Assembly (NCBI GenBank): GCA_965206455.1
Contig: CBDBJS010000002.1
Coordinates: forward strand, 3,327,779 to 3,391,778
From: Longimicrobiales bacterium
GTDB taxonomy: Bacteria > Gemmatimonadota > Gemmatimonadetes > Longimicrobiales > Gaopeijiaceae
Direction: 5' to 3'
DNA: 64,000 nucleotides
Below are positions 17,551 to 27,672 of this stretch, piece by piece. Under the pieces are notes generated by a model. That model saw nothing but the letters and a program-made list of their open reading frames with translations, did not search any database and had not been told where the DNA came from. Position numbers and translations under genes: made by a program. How positions within the stretch are numbered: position 1 is the first letter of the stretch; the number at the start of each line of letters is the position of its first letter.

Positions 17551-19089
17551 GTGGTGAGCCACCAACGTGATCGTGCAACCATCAACGTGGAGAGGCCGAT
17601 CGTGTCCGACAAGCTGAGCCGCAGAGATTTCGTGGACCGCAGTTCGAAACTTGCCATGGGGGCGATGATCGTCCCGCGCCATGTCCTTGGCGGCGCCGGG
17701 TACCAGGCACCGTCCGACCGGCTGAACCTGGCGATCATCGGAGTGGGCGGGCAGGGCACTGAAGACGCCCAGGAATTCGGCACCGAGCACATTGCCGCGA
17801 TTTGCGACGTGGACTTCGGCGTGGTCCACCGGCGTGTGCAGGAGCGGCTGGTCGACGGCGACGGGGAGCCCCGTGAAAAGGGACACCGCTGGCGCGAGCA
17901 GTTCCTCCAGGCGCGGCAGTACACCGACTTTCGCGAGCTTCTCGACCGTGAAGACGACCTGGACGCCGTACTGATCGCGACCCCCGACCACCTGCACGCG
18001 TCGATCGCCAAGGCTGCCATGGAGGCGGGCAAGCACGTGTTTGTGGAGAAGCCGCTCACGTACACCGTCCACGAGGCACGCGCCCTGGCCGAGATCGCCG
18101 AGCGGACGGGGGTGGTGACCCAGATGGGCAACCAGGGACATTCGGGGGACAGCGCACGCCTGATCAACGAATGGGTGGAAGCAGGGGTCCTTGGCGACGT
18201 GACCGAGGTGCACATCTGGACGAACCGGCCGATCTGGCCGCAGGGGATCCAACGGCCCGAGCGCTGGGAGGAAGGGCTCAACGCCGGGTGGTACCAGCAG
18301 TGGCACCAGGGTGCGATCCTGTCGCTCGCGGCCGACGTCATGGATGCGGGTTACTCCCTGCCCAAGGGCATGGACTGGGACCTGTACCTGGGTCCGACGA
18401 CGAAGGACATCCCCTTCCACCCCGTCTACCACCCCTTCAACTGGCGAGGCTGGGTCGACTTCGGGGTCAGCGCGCTGGGCGACATGGGCGCGCACCTGGT
18501 GGACCATCCGTACTGGGCCCTCGGCCTGACCTACCCCACGAGCATCGAGGCCACATCCACACCCTGGGGCGGCCCGCAGGACGACCCGGCTTCCTACCCG
18601 CTCGCCATGCGTGCGCGCTACGAGTTCCCCGCACGGGGTTCCATGCCGGCGCTCGACCTCCACTGGTACGACGGCGGTCTGATGCCGCCGCGGCCGGCGG
18701 GACTCCCCGACGACGTAGACCTGAACCGCACAGGCGGCGTGATGTTCATCGGGGACCGCGGGATTCTCATGCACGGCACGTATGGGCGGAACCCGCGGCT
18801 CTTCCCCGAGTCGCTGACCGCCGAAGCGGAAGCGGTGACCCAGACCTACCCGCGCATCGAAGAAAACCACCAGATGAACTGGGTCAAGGCGTGCAAGGAG
18901 GGCGGCACGGCTTCCAGCCCCTTCGACTACGCGTCGCGGCTGACCGAGGTCATGCTGCTGGGGGTCGTGGCGCTGCGGACCGGCCAGGGGAAGAAGATCT
19001 ACTACGACGGGGACGCGATGCGCGTGACGAACGTGGAAGAGGCCAACCAATACCTGACCCGGGAGTACCGGGCGGGGTGGGAGGTGTGA
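17551..19089 (+). CDS. TAT-signal Gfo/Idh/MocA-family oxidoreductase
   Basis: [19 protein letters not shown] motif, [12 protein letters not shown] Rossmann motif, and EKPLT motif. The start may be an internal GTG (~17602). Confidence 0.85.
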   Translation: MVSHQRDRATINVERPIVSDKLSRRDFVDRSSKLAMGAMIVPRHVLGGAGYQAPSDRLNLAIIGVGGQGTEDAQEFGTEHIAAICDVDFGVVHRRVQERLVDGDGEPREKGHRWREQFLQARQYTDFRELLDREDDLDAVLIATPDHLHASIAKAAMEAGKHVFVEKPLTYTVHEARALAEIAERTGVVTQMGNQGHSGDSARLINEWVEAGVLGDVTEVHIWTNRPIWPQGIQRPERWEEGLNAGWYQQWHQGAILSLAADVMDAGYSLPKGMDWDLYLGPTTKDIPFHPVYHPFNWRGWVDFGVSALGDMGAHLVDHPYWALGLTYPTSIEATSTPWGGPQDDPASYPLAMRARYEFPARGSMPALDLHWYDGGLMPPRPAGLPDDVDLNRTGGVMFIGDRGILMHGTYGRNPRLFPESLTAEAEAVTQTYPRIEENHQMNWVKACKEGGTASSPFDYASRLTEVMLLGVVALRTGQGKKIYYDGDAMRVTNVEEANQYLTREYRAGWEV

Positions 19090-19094
19090 TGCGC

Positions 19095-20177
19095 TTAGCC
19101 GCCGACCACCAACCTGTACTTCGCGATTCGCCACGGAGGCATGTCGGGATTCATAAGCACATAGAGATACCGGCCGCCGCCAAGGACCTTCGCTCCCTCG
19201 GGCAACGCCACGTCTTCGTATAGTTTGGCGCCAGAGTGGCGATCGTAGATTTCCAAGGCAGTGTGGATCACTCGGAAGGGCGAAAACGGCATCGCCTCAT
19301 CGAGCCGACCCAACGTGAAGGCCAGGTAATCGCTATCCACGACATCGATTCGAGGAACCAGGTCGAAAGTTGCAATCAGCTCCCGGACTCTCGCGCCGCC
19401 CTGTGTTCCGGCAAACGCTCCACGCTCGATCTCGGGAATCCTTCGAAAAGAAGGAGAGGGAGTACCGATCGTCCCCACCGAGTCTCCCGCCCCGTTCAGG
19501 ATCGTCGCCGGATAGAGCAGCGCGGTCATGATGAAGAGTGAATCGCCAGCAACAGCTACTCCGCCGGCCCCACCGGTCAAACCGCCCCAATATGGCTTGT
19601 CAGAGATCGGAGATGTCCACCTGCTCCAGGCAATACGGCCATCAACAAACCGGTGATAGAGCCCTCCTTCGTCACCCTCTCCGGTCGCCAGTCGTTCCCG
19701 GCCAGGCCCATACAACACGATATCTGGTCCAAGTGCGATCACGTCAAAGATCGCTTGATCTCGAATCGGCAACAGGGTGTCCGGCATCAATCCGCTGGAC
19801 AGGTAGGTCAACCACGGGTTGCGCCAGCTCGTGACCACGATTCGGCCTGACGCCATCTCTGTCACTCCGTCGATTCCCTGGAATTCCCAAGGCCCGCTAC
19901 CGAATCGGCCGAAAGCCGCCTCCAACTCACCTGTCTCCAAGTAGGTCCGTACACGCGGCAAGAGTCGGTCCGCGACAATGAAGCCGCCGTTGCGACGCTC
20001 CAGGAACACGCCGACTTCAGCGACTGAGTCGCTTGGATCTTCTCCGAGTTCAACGACCTCTGCCAGTTGGAAGACCTCGTCGAAAGGCAGTGACGCGACC
20101 GTTGTATTCGGTTCTTCGCAAGACGCAAGGAGCCCGGCGGCCACGACCAGTGTTGCCGCACTCGGTGTCGGCGCCAT
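19095..20177 (-). CDS. Beta-propeller-like lipoprotein (paralogue family)
   Basis: MAPTPSAATLVVAAGLLASC lipobox and the GSGPWEF motif shared with the 7482 and 24470 genes. Confidence 0.7.
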   Translation of the reverse strand: MAPTPSAATLVVAAGLLASCEEPNTTVASLPFDEVFQLAEVVELGEDPSDSVAEVGVFLERRNGGFIVADRLLPRVRTYLETGELEAAFGRFGSGPWEFQGIDGVTEMASGRIVVTSWRNPWLTYLSSGLMPDTLLPIRDQAIFDVIALGPDIVLYGPGRERLATGEGDEGGLYHRFVDGRIAWSRWTSPISDKPYWGGLTGGAGGVAVAGDSLFIMTALLYPATILNGAGDSVGTIGTPSPSFRRIPEIERGAFAGTQGGARVRELIATFDLVPRIDVVDSDYLAFTLGRLDEAMPFSPFRVIHTALEIYDRHSGAKLYEDVALPEGAKVLGGGRYLYVLMNPDMPPWRIAKYRLVVGG

Positions 20178-20330
20178 GCCGAGACTCCTTGCGTCTTGGG
20201 GACGAGGCCTAGTTCTTTCGCAGTTTCCTGCCATCTACTCTAAGAACAGCTATCAGGCTGAAAACGTGCAATTCGCTCAGGTGCTGCCAGCCCGGATCCA
20301 CCCAAGCCCGTGTCTGGACGCAGCAGGCGG

Positions 20331-20432
20331 CTCTTGCCCCGGGCCGACACTCGCCCCAACTCTTGAGAAACAGTTCCCAGCCCAGAAAAGTGCAATCAGG
20401 AAAAACGACATGACCCACACGCGCCGCCGCTT
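20331..20432. repeat. Left copy of a 102-bp direct repeat (about 91% identical to 21187-21288)
   Basis: Hand alignment gives 9 mismatches in 102 nt. It contains a copy of the epimerase upstream region plus its first 8 codons (MTHTRRRL...) and ends in a stop after 13 codons. Confidence 0.85.
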
Positions 20433-20447
20433 ACACTCCCACGCGAT

Positions 20448-20639
20448 CTAAAGTATGCCCTCAACCCACCGAACGACCCGGCTAGCCAGCTCGACGGCTT
20501 CGTGGTGGTCCTCGTCCGTGACCGGCCTCGTGTGCCCCGGATACCGGGTCACCGCCGCGTACCGGGTCAGGACTGCGGCGTCGAAATTTTCGGCCGGAAC
20601 TTCCACTTCCTGTGCGCGCTGTGCGCGCGGTTCAGCCAC
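20448..20639 (-). pseudogene. HEPN-domain toxin remnant (C-terminal half only)
   Basis: 63 aa. LTRYAAVTRYPGH...VTDEDHHEAVELASRVVRWV matches the C-terminal helix pair of PF05168-type HEPN proteins (~120-130 aa). The N-terminal half, where the R-x4-6-H motif usually sits, is absent, and only 27 nt separate it from the MNT gene. Confidence 0.6.
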
Positions 20640-20666
20640 TCCCGCGGATCGTCATGCGGAAATCGC

Positions 20667-21005
20667 TCAGGCGGCCTCATAGACCACCCGCCCCTCTCGC
20701 AAGGCCTCCCGAATCACCATGCCGTAGCTGTCACGGTAGCGCTCCAGATCGTCGGGAGATGCCACGATCGCGTCGACCGGGGTCCCGACGCCGCGCAGGT
20801 TGAGATAGATGTCGCCCATGAGATCCAAGGCGTCGACCCCGGCCCGGACGACCAGCAGATCAAGATCGCTGTGCGGCCCCATCCGCCCCCGCGCCGCCGA
20901 CCCGAACAGGATGATCTTCTCCGGCTGCGCCACCTCGACGACGCGCCGAATCACCTTGTCCAGCACGGCTTGATCCACCGTACCCGTCACTTCAGCCATC
21001 TCCAC
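20667..21005 (-). CDS. Minimal nucleotidyltransferase (MNT) antitoxin
   Basis: ILFGSAARGRMGPHSDLDLLVV is the GS-x(n)-DxD nucleotidyltransferase motif. The ~110-aa size is typical of MNT partners of HEPN toxins. Confidence 0.8.
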   Translation of the reverse strand: MEMAEVTGTVDQAVLDKVIRRVVEVAQPEKIILFGSAARGRMGPHSDLDLLVVRAGVDALDLMGDIYLNLRGVGTPVDAIVASPDDLERYRDSYGMVIREALREGRVVYEAA

Positions 21006-21186
21006 GCCTCCGGGTTCCTTCGCGAACCGACATCCGCTTCTTCAGAGCATCGACCGTAAGGTAGTAGTGCTGCAGCCAACGGCAATCTCTCCTGTCCTGG
21101 ACCACCCGCTGCTCATTCGGAGTCAGAAGTACGGTCCCGCCGCCGGATCGGGCAAGCCTTTGATCTCGATCAGCCTCGGCAGCCCC

Positions 21187-21288
21187 CTCTTGCCCCCGGC
21201 CGACACTGGCCCCGACTCTTGATAAACAGTTCCCGGCCCAGAAACGTGCAATCAGGAAAGAAAACATGACCCACACGCGCCGCCGCTT
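21187..21288. repeat. Right copy of the 102-bp direct repeat, overlapping the real epimerase start
   Basis: See 20331-20432. This copy continues in frame into the full-length gene at 21266. Confidence 0.85.
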
Positions 21289-22411
21289 CCTCGCCACATC
21301 CGCCGCCGCCGCCGGAGCCGCCGCCCTCACGCCCGGCAAGGCGCTTTCCGCCTCAGCCTCCCGGGCCGGCTCACCTTTCGGCACCCGCGCCCCCGCCCCC
21401 CACCCAGCTCCCTCCCCAACCCCCCGCCCCCTCAGGATCCTCTTCCTGGGAGGCACCGGGTTCATCGGCCCCCACATGGTACGCTACGCCATGTACAGGG
21501 GGCACGAGGTCACGCTCTTCAACCGCGGCCGCACAGCCCCCGAGCTCTTCCCCGGCGTGGAGACGCTGATCGGCGACCGCGACGACCAGCTGGACTCGCT
21601 GCGCGGCGGCACCTGGGACGCCGTGATCGACAACAGCGGCTACGTCCCCCGCCATGTGCGCGACTCGGCGGAACTTCTGCGCGACAACGTCGGCCGGTAC
21701 CTGTTCACGTCGACCGGATCGGTCTACAACTTCGACCAGGACGAGCTCACCGAGGACGCCGAGCTTCTCCCCCTCGAAGACCCCACCAGCGAAGACGTCG
21801 ACCGCTACTACGGGCCCCTCAAGGTGCTCTGCGAAAACGCGGTCACCGACACGTACCGGGAGCGCGGCACCGTGGTGCGGCTCCACGTCGTGGCCGGGCC
21901 CGGCGATCCCACCGACCGATTCACCTATTGGCCCGTCCGAATCGACCATGGCGGCGAGATCATCGCGCCGGGCAGCCAGTCCACCCCTGTACAGTTCATC
22001 GACGTGCGCGACCTGGCCGAATTCATGGTGCTGCTCCTCGAGCGGGACATCGGCGGCACCTACAACGCCGCGGGACCCGCGCTTGACCCGACTTCAATGG
22101 CGGAGTTCCTCTACGGCATTCGCGCCACCACCAGCACAAACCTGTCCTTCACCTGGATCGACGAGCAGTTCCTGGTGGAACAGGAAGCCCGCTTCCAGCT
22201 GTGGTATCCGCCCACGGAGGGCGCGATCCGGGGGCTGTCACGGGTCCGGTCACACAAGGGCGTCGCGGCGGGACTCAAGTTCCGGCCGCTGGCCGAGACG
22301 GCGTTCGATACGCTGGAGTGGTTCAAGTCACTCCCCGAGGAGCGCCGGAACGGCTTCGAGCTCAACCTGGAGCGGGACAGGCAAGTGCTGGAGGCGTGGA
22401 AGGCCCGGTAA
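21266..22411 (+). CDS. TAT-signal NAD-dependent epimerase/dehydratase (SDR) family protein, paralogue of 15046-16230
   Basis: MTHTRRRFLATSAAAAGAAAL TAT signal and ILFLGGTGFIGPHMV. Collinear with the 15046 product. Confidence 0.8.
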   Translation: MTHTRRRFLATSAAAAGAAALTPGKALSASASRAGSPFGTRAPAPHPAPSPTPRPLRILFLGGTGFIGPHMVRYAMYRGHEVTLFNRGRTAPELFPGVETLIGDRDDQLDSLRGGTWDAVIDNSGYVPRHVRDSAELLRDNVGRYLFTSTGSVYNFDQDELTEDAELLPLEDPTSEDVDRYYGPLKVLCENAVTDTYRERGTVVRLHVVAGPGDPTDRFTYWPVRIDHGGEIIAPGSQSTPVQFIDVRDLAEFMVLLLERDIGGTYNAAGPALDPTSMAEFLYGIRATTSTNLSFTWIDEQFLVEQEARFQLWYPPTEGAIRGLSRVRSHKGVAAGLKFRPLAETAFDTLEWFKSLPEERRNGFELNLERDRQVLEAWKAR

Positions 22412-22424
22412 AGCTGATACCAAA

Positions 22425-22463
22425 TGTAAACTGTACCTGACATTATGTTATGCGTCGTTTACA
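22425..22463. repeat. AT-rich inverted repeat TGTAAAC-N25-GTTTACA in a convergent intergenic region
   Basis: Arms at 22425-22431 and 22457-22463. It shares the TGTAAACT word and an ACAT(T/A)ATGT core with the palindrome cluster at 10222-10260. Confidence 0.6.
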
Positions 22464-22515
22464 TATCGGCCGGTCCCGAGGGCTCGGGGTGCCACGAGCC
22501 GCGTGCCCGAGGCCC

Positions 22516-24317
22516 TTACGACGGATCTCCATAGAACCGCCACGCCGCGCGGAAGTCCCTCGCCGGCACCTCGCCGAGCAGCCGCGCCCGCACCATCTCG
22601 ATCGGCATCCGGCCACCCTTCAGGATCGTGTCGTGGAAGTCCCGTTCGGACATCTCGCCGCCCACGACCAGCTGCTCGTGCAGCGCCCGGATCTGCAGGC
22701 CGCCCAGCATGTACGCGGCCTGGTAGAGCGGCGAATAGCTCCCGTTGAATGACCGGCGCACCTCGGCGGTGGCGTTGGCGGGCTCGTGCCCGACGCGGTC
22801 GACCAGGAAGGCGATCGCCTCGTCCGGCGTCATTTCGCCCAGATGGAAGCTCAGCGAAAAGATGATCCGGGCAGCCCGGTGCATCCGCCAGAAGAGCATC
22901 CCGACGCGGTCCTCGGCCGTCGTCGGGAAGCCCAGGTCCCAGAGCCGCATCTCCCAGTAGAGCGCCCAGCCCTCGCCCCAGAAGGGGGTGCGGAAGAGGC
23001 TGCGGTGCGAGTTGTAGCGGTCGGTCATGAAGCCCTGCAGGTGGTGTCCCGGGATGAGCTCGTGGTGCACGGTCGCGCGCGAGAAGTGGATGTTGTTCCC
23101 GCGCATGCTCATGCGCTTCTCTTCGTGAGTCATCTCGTCGGTCGGGAACGAGACCCGGATCACTTCGCCGCCCAGGAAGAACGGGTTCACCCGCTGGCGC
23201 TCCGGCGACATCATCTCCAGACCCCAGATCTCCTTCGCCAGCGGCGGCACGGTCACCAGATCCCGTGACTCGACGAAGTCAATGGCTTCCTGGGCCAGAT
23301 CCATAACCACCCGGGGCTGTCCGCCGGGGTCCGCGTGCAGCGTCTTCACGTACTCCAACGCCGCCCGCCAGTCGTCCCCGTACCCCAGCTCGCGCGAGGC
23401 CTCCAGCATCCGCTCGTCGCACCACGCGAACTCCCGCTCGGCGATCGCGACCAACTCGGCGGGCGTGTACGGGATCATGTCGCGGATCAGGTCCGCGGTC
23501 ATTCCGTCGGCTCCAATGGGATCGCCCACGATCGGCTCCTCCGCGCCCTCCGGCCAGCCCACGATCCGCCCCCGTAGCGTCATCAGATAGCGGCCGATGG
23601 CGTCGTCCGCCTGCTGAAAGGGCTGCTTCGCCCACCAGGTGAAGAGGGGATCGTAGCCCTCGTAGTGGCGGTACCACGCGCCCAGCGCCCGTTGGTAGGA
23701 CTGAAGGAGCCGCACGGCCCGCAACCCGGTGATGGGCGTCGCGGTTGGCTGCCCCGCAACGTCCGCCCCAGCCCCCCCGGCGGGCGCGCGGGACTTCAGC
23801 GCGCGGTCGGCGTCGTCCACAGCGCCGGCCAGCGCCGCCATATCCCCCGCGATCTCCTGACCGTCCACCGTTCGCGGAAGTGGCGGATGTCGAGCAGCGC
23901 GACGATCTCGTCCGCGAAGGGCAGCAGCGGCAACACCTCGGCGACGAGGCGCCCTTCCCGCGCCAGCAGCTCCCGGCGGTACCGCACCTCGTTGCCGAGG
24001 AGGACGTGATCGATGCCGCCTTCCAGGTCGTCCGGTGCGAGCGTGAGCGCGTCCAGGGCGTCGGACCAGCCCGTGAGGAATTCGCCCATCCGCGCCTGTC
24101 GCGCAGCCGAATAGGGGATGTCCTGCCAGCGTCGCTCCAGTGCGGACAGGTCGCCGCGGAAGCGCTCCACCACCGGCGCGAGGGATGATCCCTGGAAGGC
24201 GTGGATCTGGTCGAGGGCGGGGGCGCCGGGGGTGGCCTGGGGTGAGGCGGTCGCCGGAGCCAGCGCGGCGGCGACAAATGTTCCCATGGCCAGGGCTACT
24301 GAACGGTGACAAGACAT
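22516..24317 (-). pseudogene. DUF885-family protein, single frame disruption near 23865-23885
   Basis: The C-terminal ~450 aa (frame of ORF 22516..24312) carry the HELIPGHHLQ metalloprotease-like motif typical of DUF885. The signal peptide and first ~150 aa (MSCHRSVALAMGTF...LLDIRHFRE) are in the frame of ORF 23796..24389. The two frames join cleanly around LLDIRHFR/TVDGQEIAG. Confidence 0.7.
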
Positions 24318-24469
24318 CCGGCTACTCCTGAGGCGAACACGACGTTTTGGGGGCGCGAGTAAGCTAGTGCCCCGGATGGGATCCGGCACTTGAGGCGCGG
24401 TACCGCCAACGGCCGGGAAGACGCTGCGTCAGGACGGCGGCACCAGTCCGCGGCCGAAGGCGTGGGGCT

Positions 24470-25777
24470 TCAGCTCGGGCCGGGCGCGGCCGTGAGCTGG
24501 CTGACCACGGCTCGGGGAACATCGAATTCGTCCACCCGCCGCAGCAAGACGAGGTCGCCCCGCGCATCCAGCAATACGTCCTCGCCATCCATTCTCGCTG
24601 TGAAGAGCAGCTGCGCCTGGTCGGTGTCCCACACCCGCCAGGTTACACTGTCCTGGCCCGGTAGACGGTAGTCTCTGGCCCAAAGCCTCGCGTCGAAGTC
24701 AATAAGGAGGGTGTCGATTGCGGGGGCCACTTCGTTTATCGGCCAATCCTTGAAATCCGGGTCGGACGCGTCGAACGCATTCCCGGGCTCGTACGGTACC
24801 CGACCTGACTCTGCGGCCCTTTTCATGAACTCCTCGAACCGCTCCCATGTCGACACAAGCACCTGGCGCCCCATCTCCTGGGCCGCGGACAGCCGTACGC
24901 CCGCCGGCATCGGGATTTTCGCAACCTCTCTGCCGCTCCAGTCCAGCACCGCAATGGATCCGCGGTCGGTTTCGGCGATGATGAGACGGTCTTCCGATGC
25001 GGCCTCGAAGGTACGGTGCCCGAACACGACGCTGCCGCTTCGTCTCGCTCCGTAGTACGCTTCATCCCCCTTGGCCTGTGCGACGATCGGAAGCTCGTCA
25101 CCGTCCTGCACGGCTACATACGTTGCCGGATTCCAGGTCCGGCCATCGTAATCCCTGGTCCGCCTGTAGATTCCGTCACGGAAGATGATGCGGCCGTCTG
25201 GATGAACGGCCACCGGATACGCGCTCATGAAGTCCTGCAACGGCGCGTGAGCATAGCCCTCCGAGCGCAGAAACTCGCCGTCGTGAGCAATCAACGCTGC
25301 GCGACGGCGAGAAACGTCCCAGACCAGGATACCCTGCGGAGTGCGGGTTGCACGTCCGATGTGGCCGAACTCCCGTGGTCCCTCGCCCTTTCGGCCGACC
25401 ACGCGGGTCGCACCGGACGCAAGGTCGACCAGGTGGATCTCGCCGCGGTCCACCAGGGCGAGGCCGGTGTCCGGGAGGAAGAAGCCGGCAACGACATTCG
25501 GCAGCTCGGAGAGATCCGGATGCAGCGACGAATCGAAGATCGACGCGTTTGAGGGGCGCAACGGGGAAGAGTTCGCCGCTGCGGATACCCGAGAGGCCAC
25601 GTGACCGGGCCCGTCGCAACCAGCTGCGACATGAAAGAACAGGAAGGCTGCAGTCGCATGCCATTGGTACACCGTTCGGCGGTGCCCGGCGCGGCGCGTT
25701 TTTCGGTGGTGCCCGGCGTGTCGTGTTTCCATGAAGGAGGCCATGCTCCTCATTGAAGGAGCCATGTTCCTAAGCAT
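24470..25777 (-). CDS. Beta-propeller-like lipoprotein (paralogue family)
   Basis: Lipobox FFHVAAGC and the GEGPREF motif. The start codon is uncertain (several in-frame Met). Confidence 0.65.
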   Translation of the reverse strand: MLRNMAPSMRSMASFMETRHAGHHRKTRRAGHRRTVYQWHATAAFLFFHVAAGCDGPGHVASRVSAAANSSPLRPSNASIFDSSLHPDLSELPNVVAGFFLPDTGLALVDRGEIHLVDLASGATRVVGRKGEGPREFGHIGRATRTPQGILVWDVSRRRAALIAHDGEFLRSEGYAHAPLQDFMSAYPVAVHPDGRIIFRDGIYRRTRDYDGRTWNPATYVAVQDGDELPIVAQAKGDEAYYGARRSGSVVFGHRTFEAASEDRLIIAETDRGSIAVLDWSGREVAKIPMPAGVRLSAAQEMGRQVLVSTWERFEEFMKRAAESGRVPYEPGNAFDASDPDFKDWPINEVAPAIDTLLIDFDARLWARDYRLPGQDSVTWRVWDTDQAQLLFTARMDGEDVLLDARGDLVLLRRVDEFDVPRAVVSQLTAAPGPS

Positions 25778-25856
25778 TTAGTTGCTTGGGATACTAGACT
25801 TCCGGGTGGTCGCAGGCAAGGATCACTCAAGCGCCACCCAAGCCACCGCCGAACCC

Positions 25857-27065
25857 ATGCAGATATTCGGACAACACGAAAAGCAGACGCTGGAGCAACT
25901 GAGCCGGGTCGCGGCGCGGGCAGAACACGCCGCCCTGATGGCCGATGGCCACTTGGGGTACGTCATGCCGATCGGGGGAGTGGCCGCGTACCAAGACCAG
26001 GTGAGTGTAGCGGGCGTCGGGTTCGACATCGCTTGCGGGAACGCGGCGATCCGCACCGATCTGCACCTTCACGACCTCGCCGGCCGACCCGGCGGACTGC
26101 GGCGCCACATGGAGCAGCTGGGCGACGAGATCCGGCACGGTATCACGTTCGGCATCGGGGGTACCAATCCTTCTCGGGACGCACCTTCGGACCATCCCCT
26201 GTTCGCGGACCCGGACTGGGAGGCCGTCCCCACGCGCCATCGGTCGGCCCTGCTGGGCAAGGCACGCAAGCAACTCGGCACGGTGGGATCGGGCAACCAC
26301 TATGTGGATGTCTTCGCCGACGAGGGAGAACGAATCTGGGTGGGGGTCCATTTCGGCTCCCGGGGCTTCGGCCACACGGTCGCGTCCTCGTTCCTGGCGA
26401 TCGGGCAGGGGGCCGAATGGGGCCAGCGCGTGCCCGTAGCAGAGGTCATCCTCGACCTCGATGCGCCCGCCGGCCACGACTACTGGCGCCTGATGAACCT
26501 CGCGGGTCGCTACGCGTACGCGGGGCGGGAGTGGGCCGCGCGGAAGGCGGTGGAGATCATCGGCGGGCGGGAAGTGGAACTCGTGCACAACCACCACAAC
26601 TTCGCCTGGGAGGAGGAGCACTACGGGCGGAAATTAGTGGTGGTGCGGAAGGGCGCGACCCCGGCCTTCCCCGAGCAGAAGGGGTTCGTGGGCGGTTCGA
26701 TGGGAGACGACTCGGTGATTCTCGAGGGAACGGCTCATGCCGCGCCGGACTCACCCGCCGCCGTACTCCAGGCCCGCGCGCTCTACTCGACCGTGCACGG
26801 CGCGGGGCGCGTGATGAGCCGCACCGCGGCCAGGGGGAAGCGACACCGCCGAACCGGCAAGGTGATCAAGCGCGGCAAGGTGTCGCGCCGGATGATGACC
26901 GACTGGGTGGACCGCAAGGGCGTGGTGCTCCGCGGGGGCGGGACGGACGAGAGTCCCCACGTGTACCGGCGGCTGCCGGATGTGCTCGCGGCCCAGGGAG
27001 CAACGGTCAGGGTGCTCCACACGCTACGGCCGCTGGTGGTGGTGATGGCGGGGGCGGGGCGTTAG
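25857..27065 (+). CDS. rtcB: RtcB-family RNA 3'-phosphate ligase
   Basis: MADGHLGYVMPIGGV, GFDIACG, GSGNHYVDVF and LVHNHHNF are RtcB metal/GMP-binding motifs. Start at ATG 25857. Confidence 0.9.
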   Translation: MQIFGQHEKQTLEQLSRVAARAEHAALMADGHLGYVMPIGGVAAYQDQVSVAGVGFDIACGNAAIRTDLHLHDLAGRPGGLRRHMEQLGDEIRHGITFGIGGTNPSRDAPSDHPLFADPDWEAVPTRHRSALLGKARKQLGTVGSGNHYVDVFADEGERIWVGVHFGSRGFGHTVASSFLAIGQGAEWGQRVPVAEVILDLDAPAGHDYWRLMNLAGRYAYAGREWAARKAVEIIGGREVELVHNHHNFAWEEEHYGRKLVVVRKGATPAFPEQKGFVGGSMGDDSVILEGTAHAAPDSPAAVLQARALYSTVHGAGRVMSRTAARGKRHRRTGKVIKRGKVSRRMMTDWVDRKGVVLRGGGTDESPHVYRRLPDVLAAQGATVRVLHTLRPLVVVMAGAGR

Positions 27066-27075
27066 AGACCCGCGG

Positions 27076-27654
27076 TCACTCTCCACACTCCTTCCAGCGA
27101 AAGCACGTGACGACGTGATCGTTCACCATTCCCGCCGCTTGCATGAAGGCGTAGCAGATCGTCGGGCCGACAAAGCGGAACCCGCGCCGCTTGAGCTCCT
27201 TGCTCATCGCGTGGGAAGCCGGCGTGGATCCGGGCAGGTCTTCCAGGCGGCCCCAGACGTTGGTGATTGTCTTTCCCCCTGTGAAGGTCCACAGGAAGTC
27301 CCCGAAGCCGGTCCCCGACTCGCGCAGATCCAGAAACGCCCGGGCGTTGCCGACGGCGGCATGCACCTTGAGCCGGTTCCGGACGATCCCTGCGTTCGCG
27401 AGCAGGGCCGCGATCTTCTCGTCGCCGTAGCGAGCGACCCGCTCCGGATCGAATCCGTCGAACGCGCGCCGGTAGGCCTCGCGCTTCTTCAGGATCGTGT
27501 ACCAGCTCAAGCCGGCTTCCGCGCCTTCGAGCAGGAGCAGTTCGAAAAGTTCGCGATCGTCGCGGATCGGAACACCCCACTCCTCGTCGTGATAGGAGAT
27601 GTAGAGGGGATCGTCGTTCACCCAGGCGCAGCGGGTCAGGGTCATCTCAAACAC
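27076..27654 (-). CDS. tag: DNA-3-methyladenine glycosylase I
   Basis: CAWVNDDPLYISYHDEEWGVP...LLLEGAEAGLSW...TICYAFMQAAGMVNDH is the canonical Tag sequence pattern. Confidence 0.9.
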   Translation of the reverse strand: MFEMTLTRCAWVNDDPLYISYHDEEWGVPIRDDRELFELLLLEGAEAGLSWYTILKKREAYRRAFDGFDPERVARYGDEKIAALLANAGIVRNRLKVHAAVGNARAFLDLRESGTGFGDFLWTFTGGKTITNVWGRLEDLPGSTPASHAMSKELKRRGFRFVGPTICYAFMQAAGMVNDHVVTCFRWKECGE

Positions 27655-27672
27655 AGGAAGTATGGTGGGGGT

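Noticed and set aside
17517-18341. N-terminal 275-aa extension of the 563-aa ORF 16650..18341
   Set aside because: It overlaps the well-supported Gfo/Idh/MocA gene on the other strand and looks non-protein-like. The DUF1028 signal peptide begins at ATG 17516.
22475-22514. GC-rich hairpins (CCCGAG-GG-CTCGGG and GGCTCGGG...CCCGAGGCC) as a bidirectional terminator
   Set aside because: No U-tract on either strand, so it was not called as an intrinsic terminator.
23880-24312. N-terminal part of the 598-aa ORF 22516..24312 (MSPFSSPGHGNICRRRAG...)
   Set aside because: It is out-of-frame read-through. The genuine DUF885 N-terminus with its signal peptide is in the frame of ORF 23796..24389, so the locus was called as one frameshifted gene instead.
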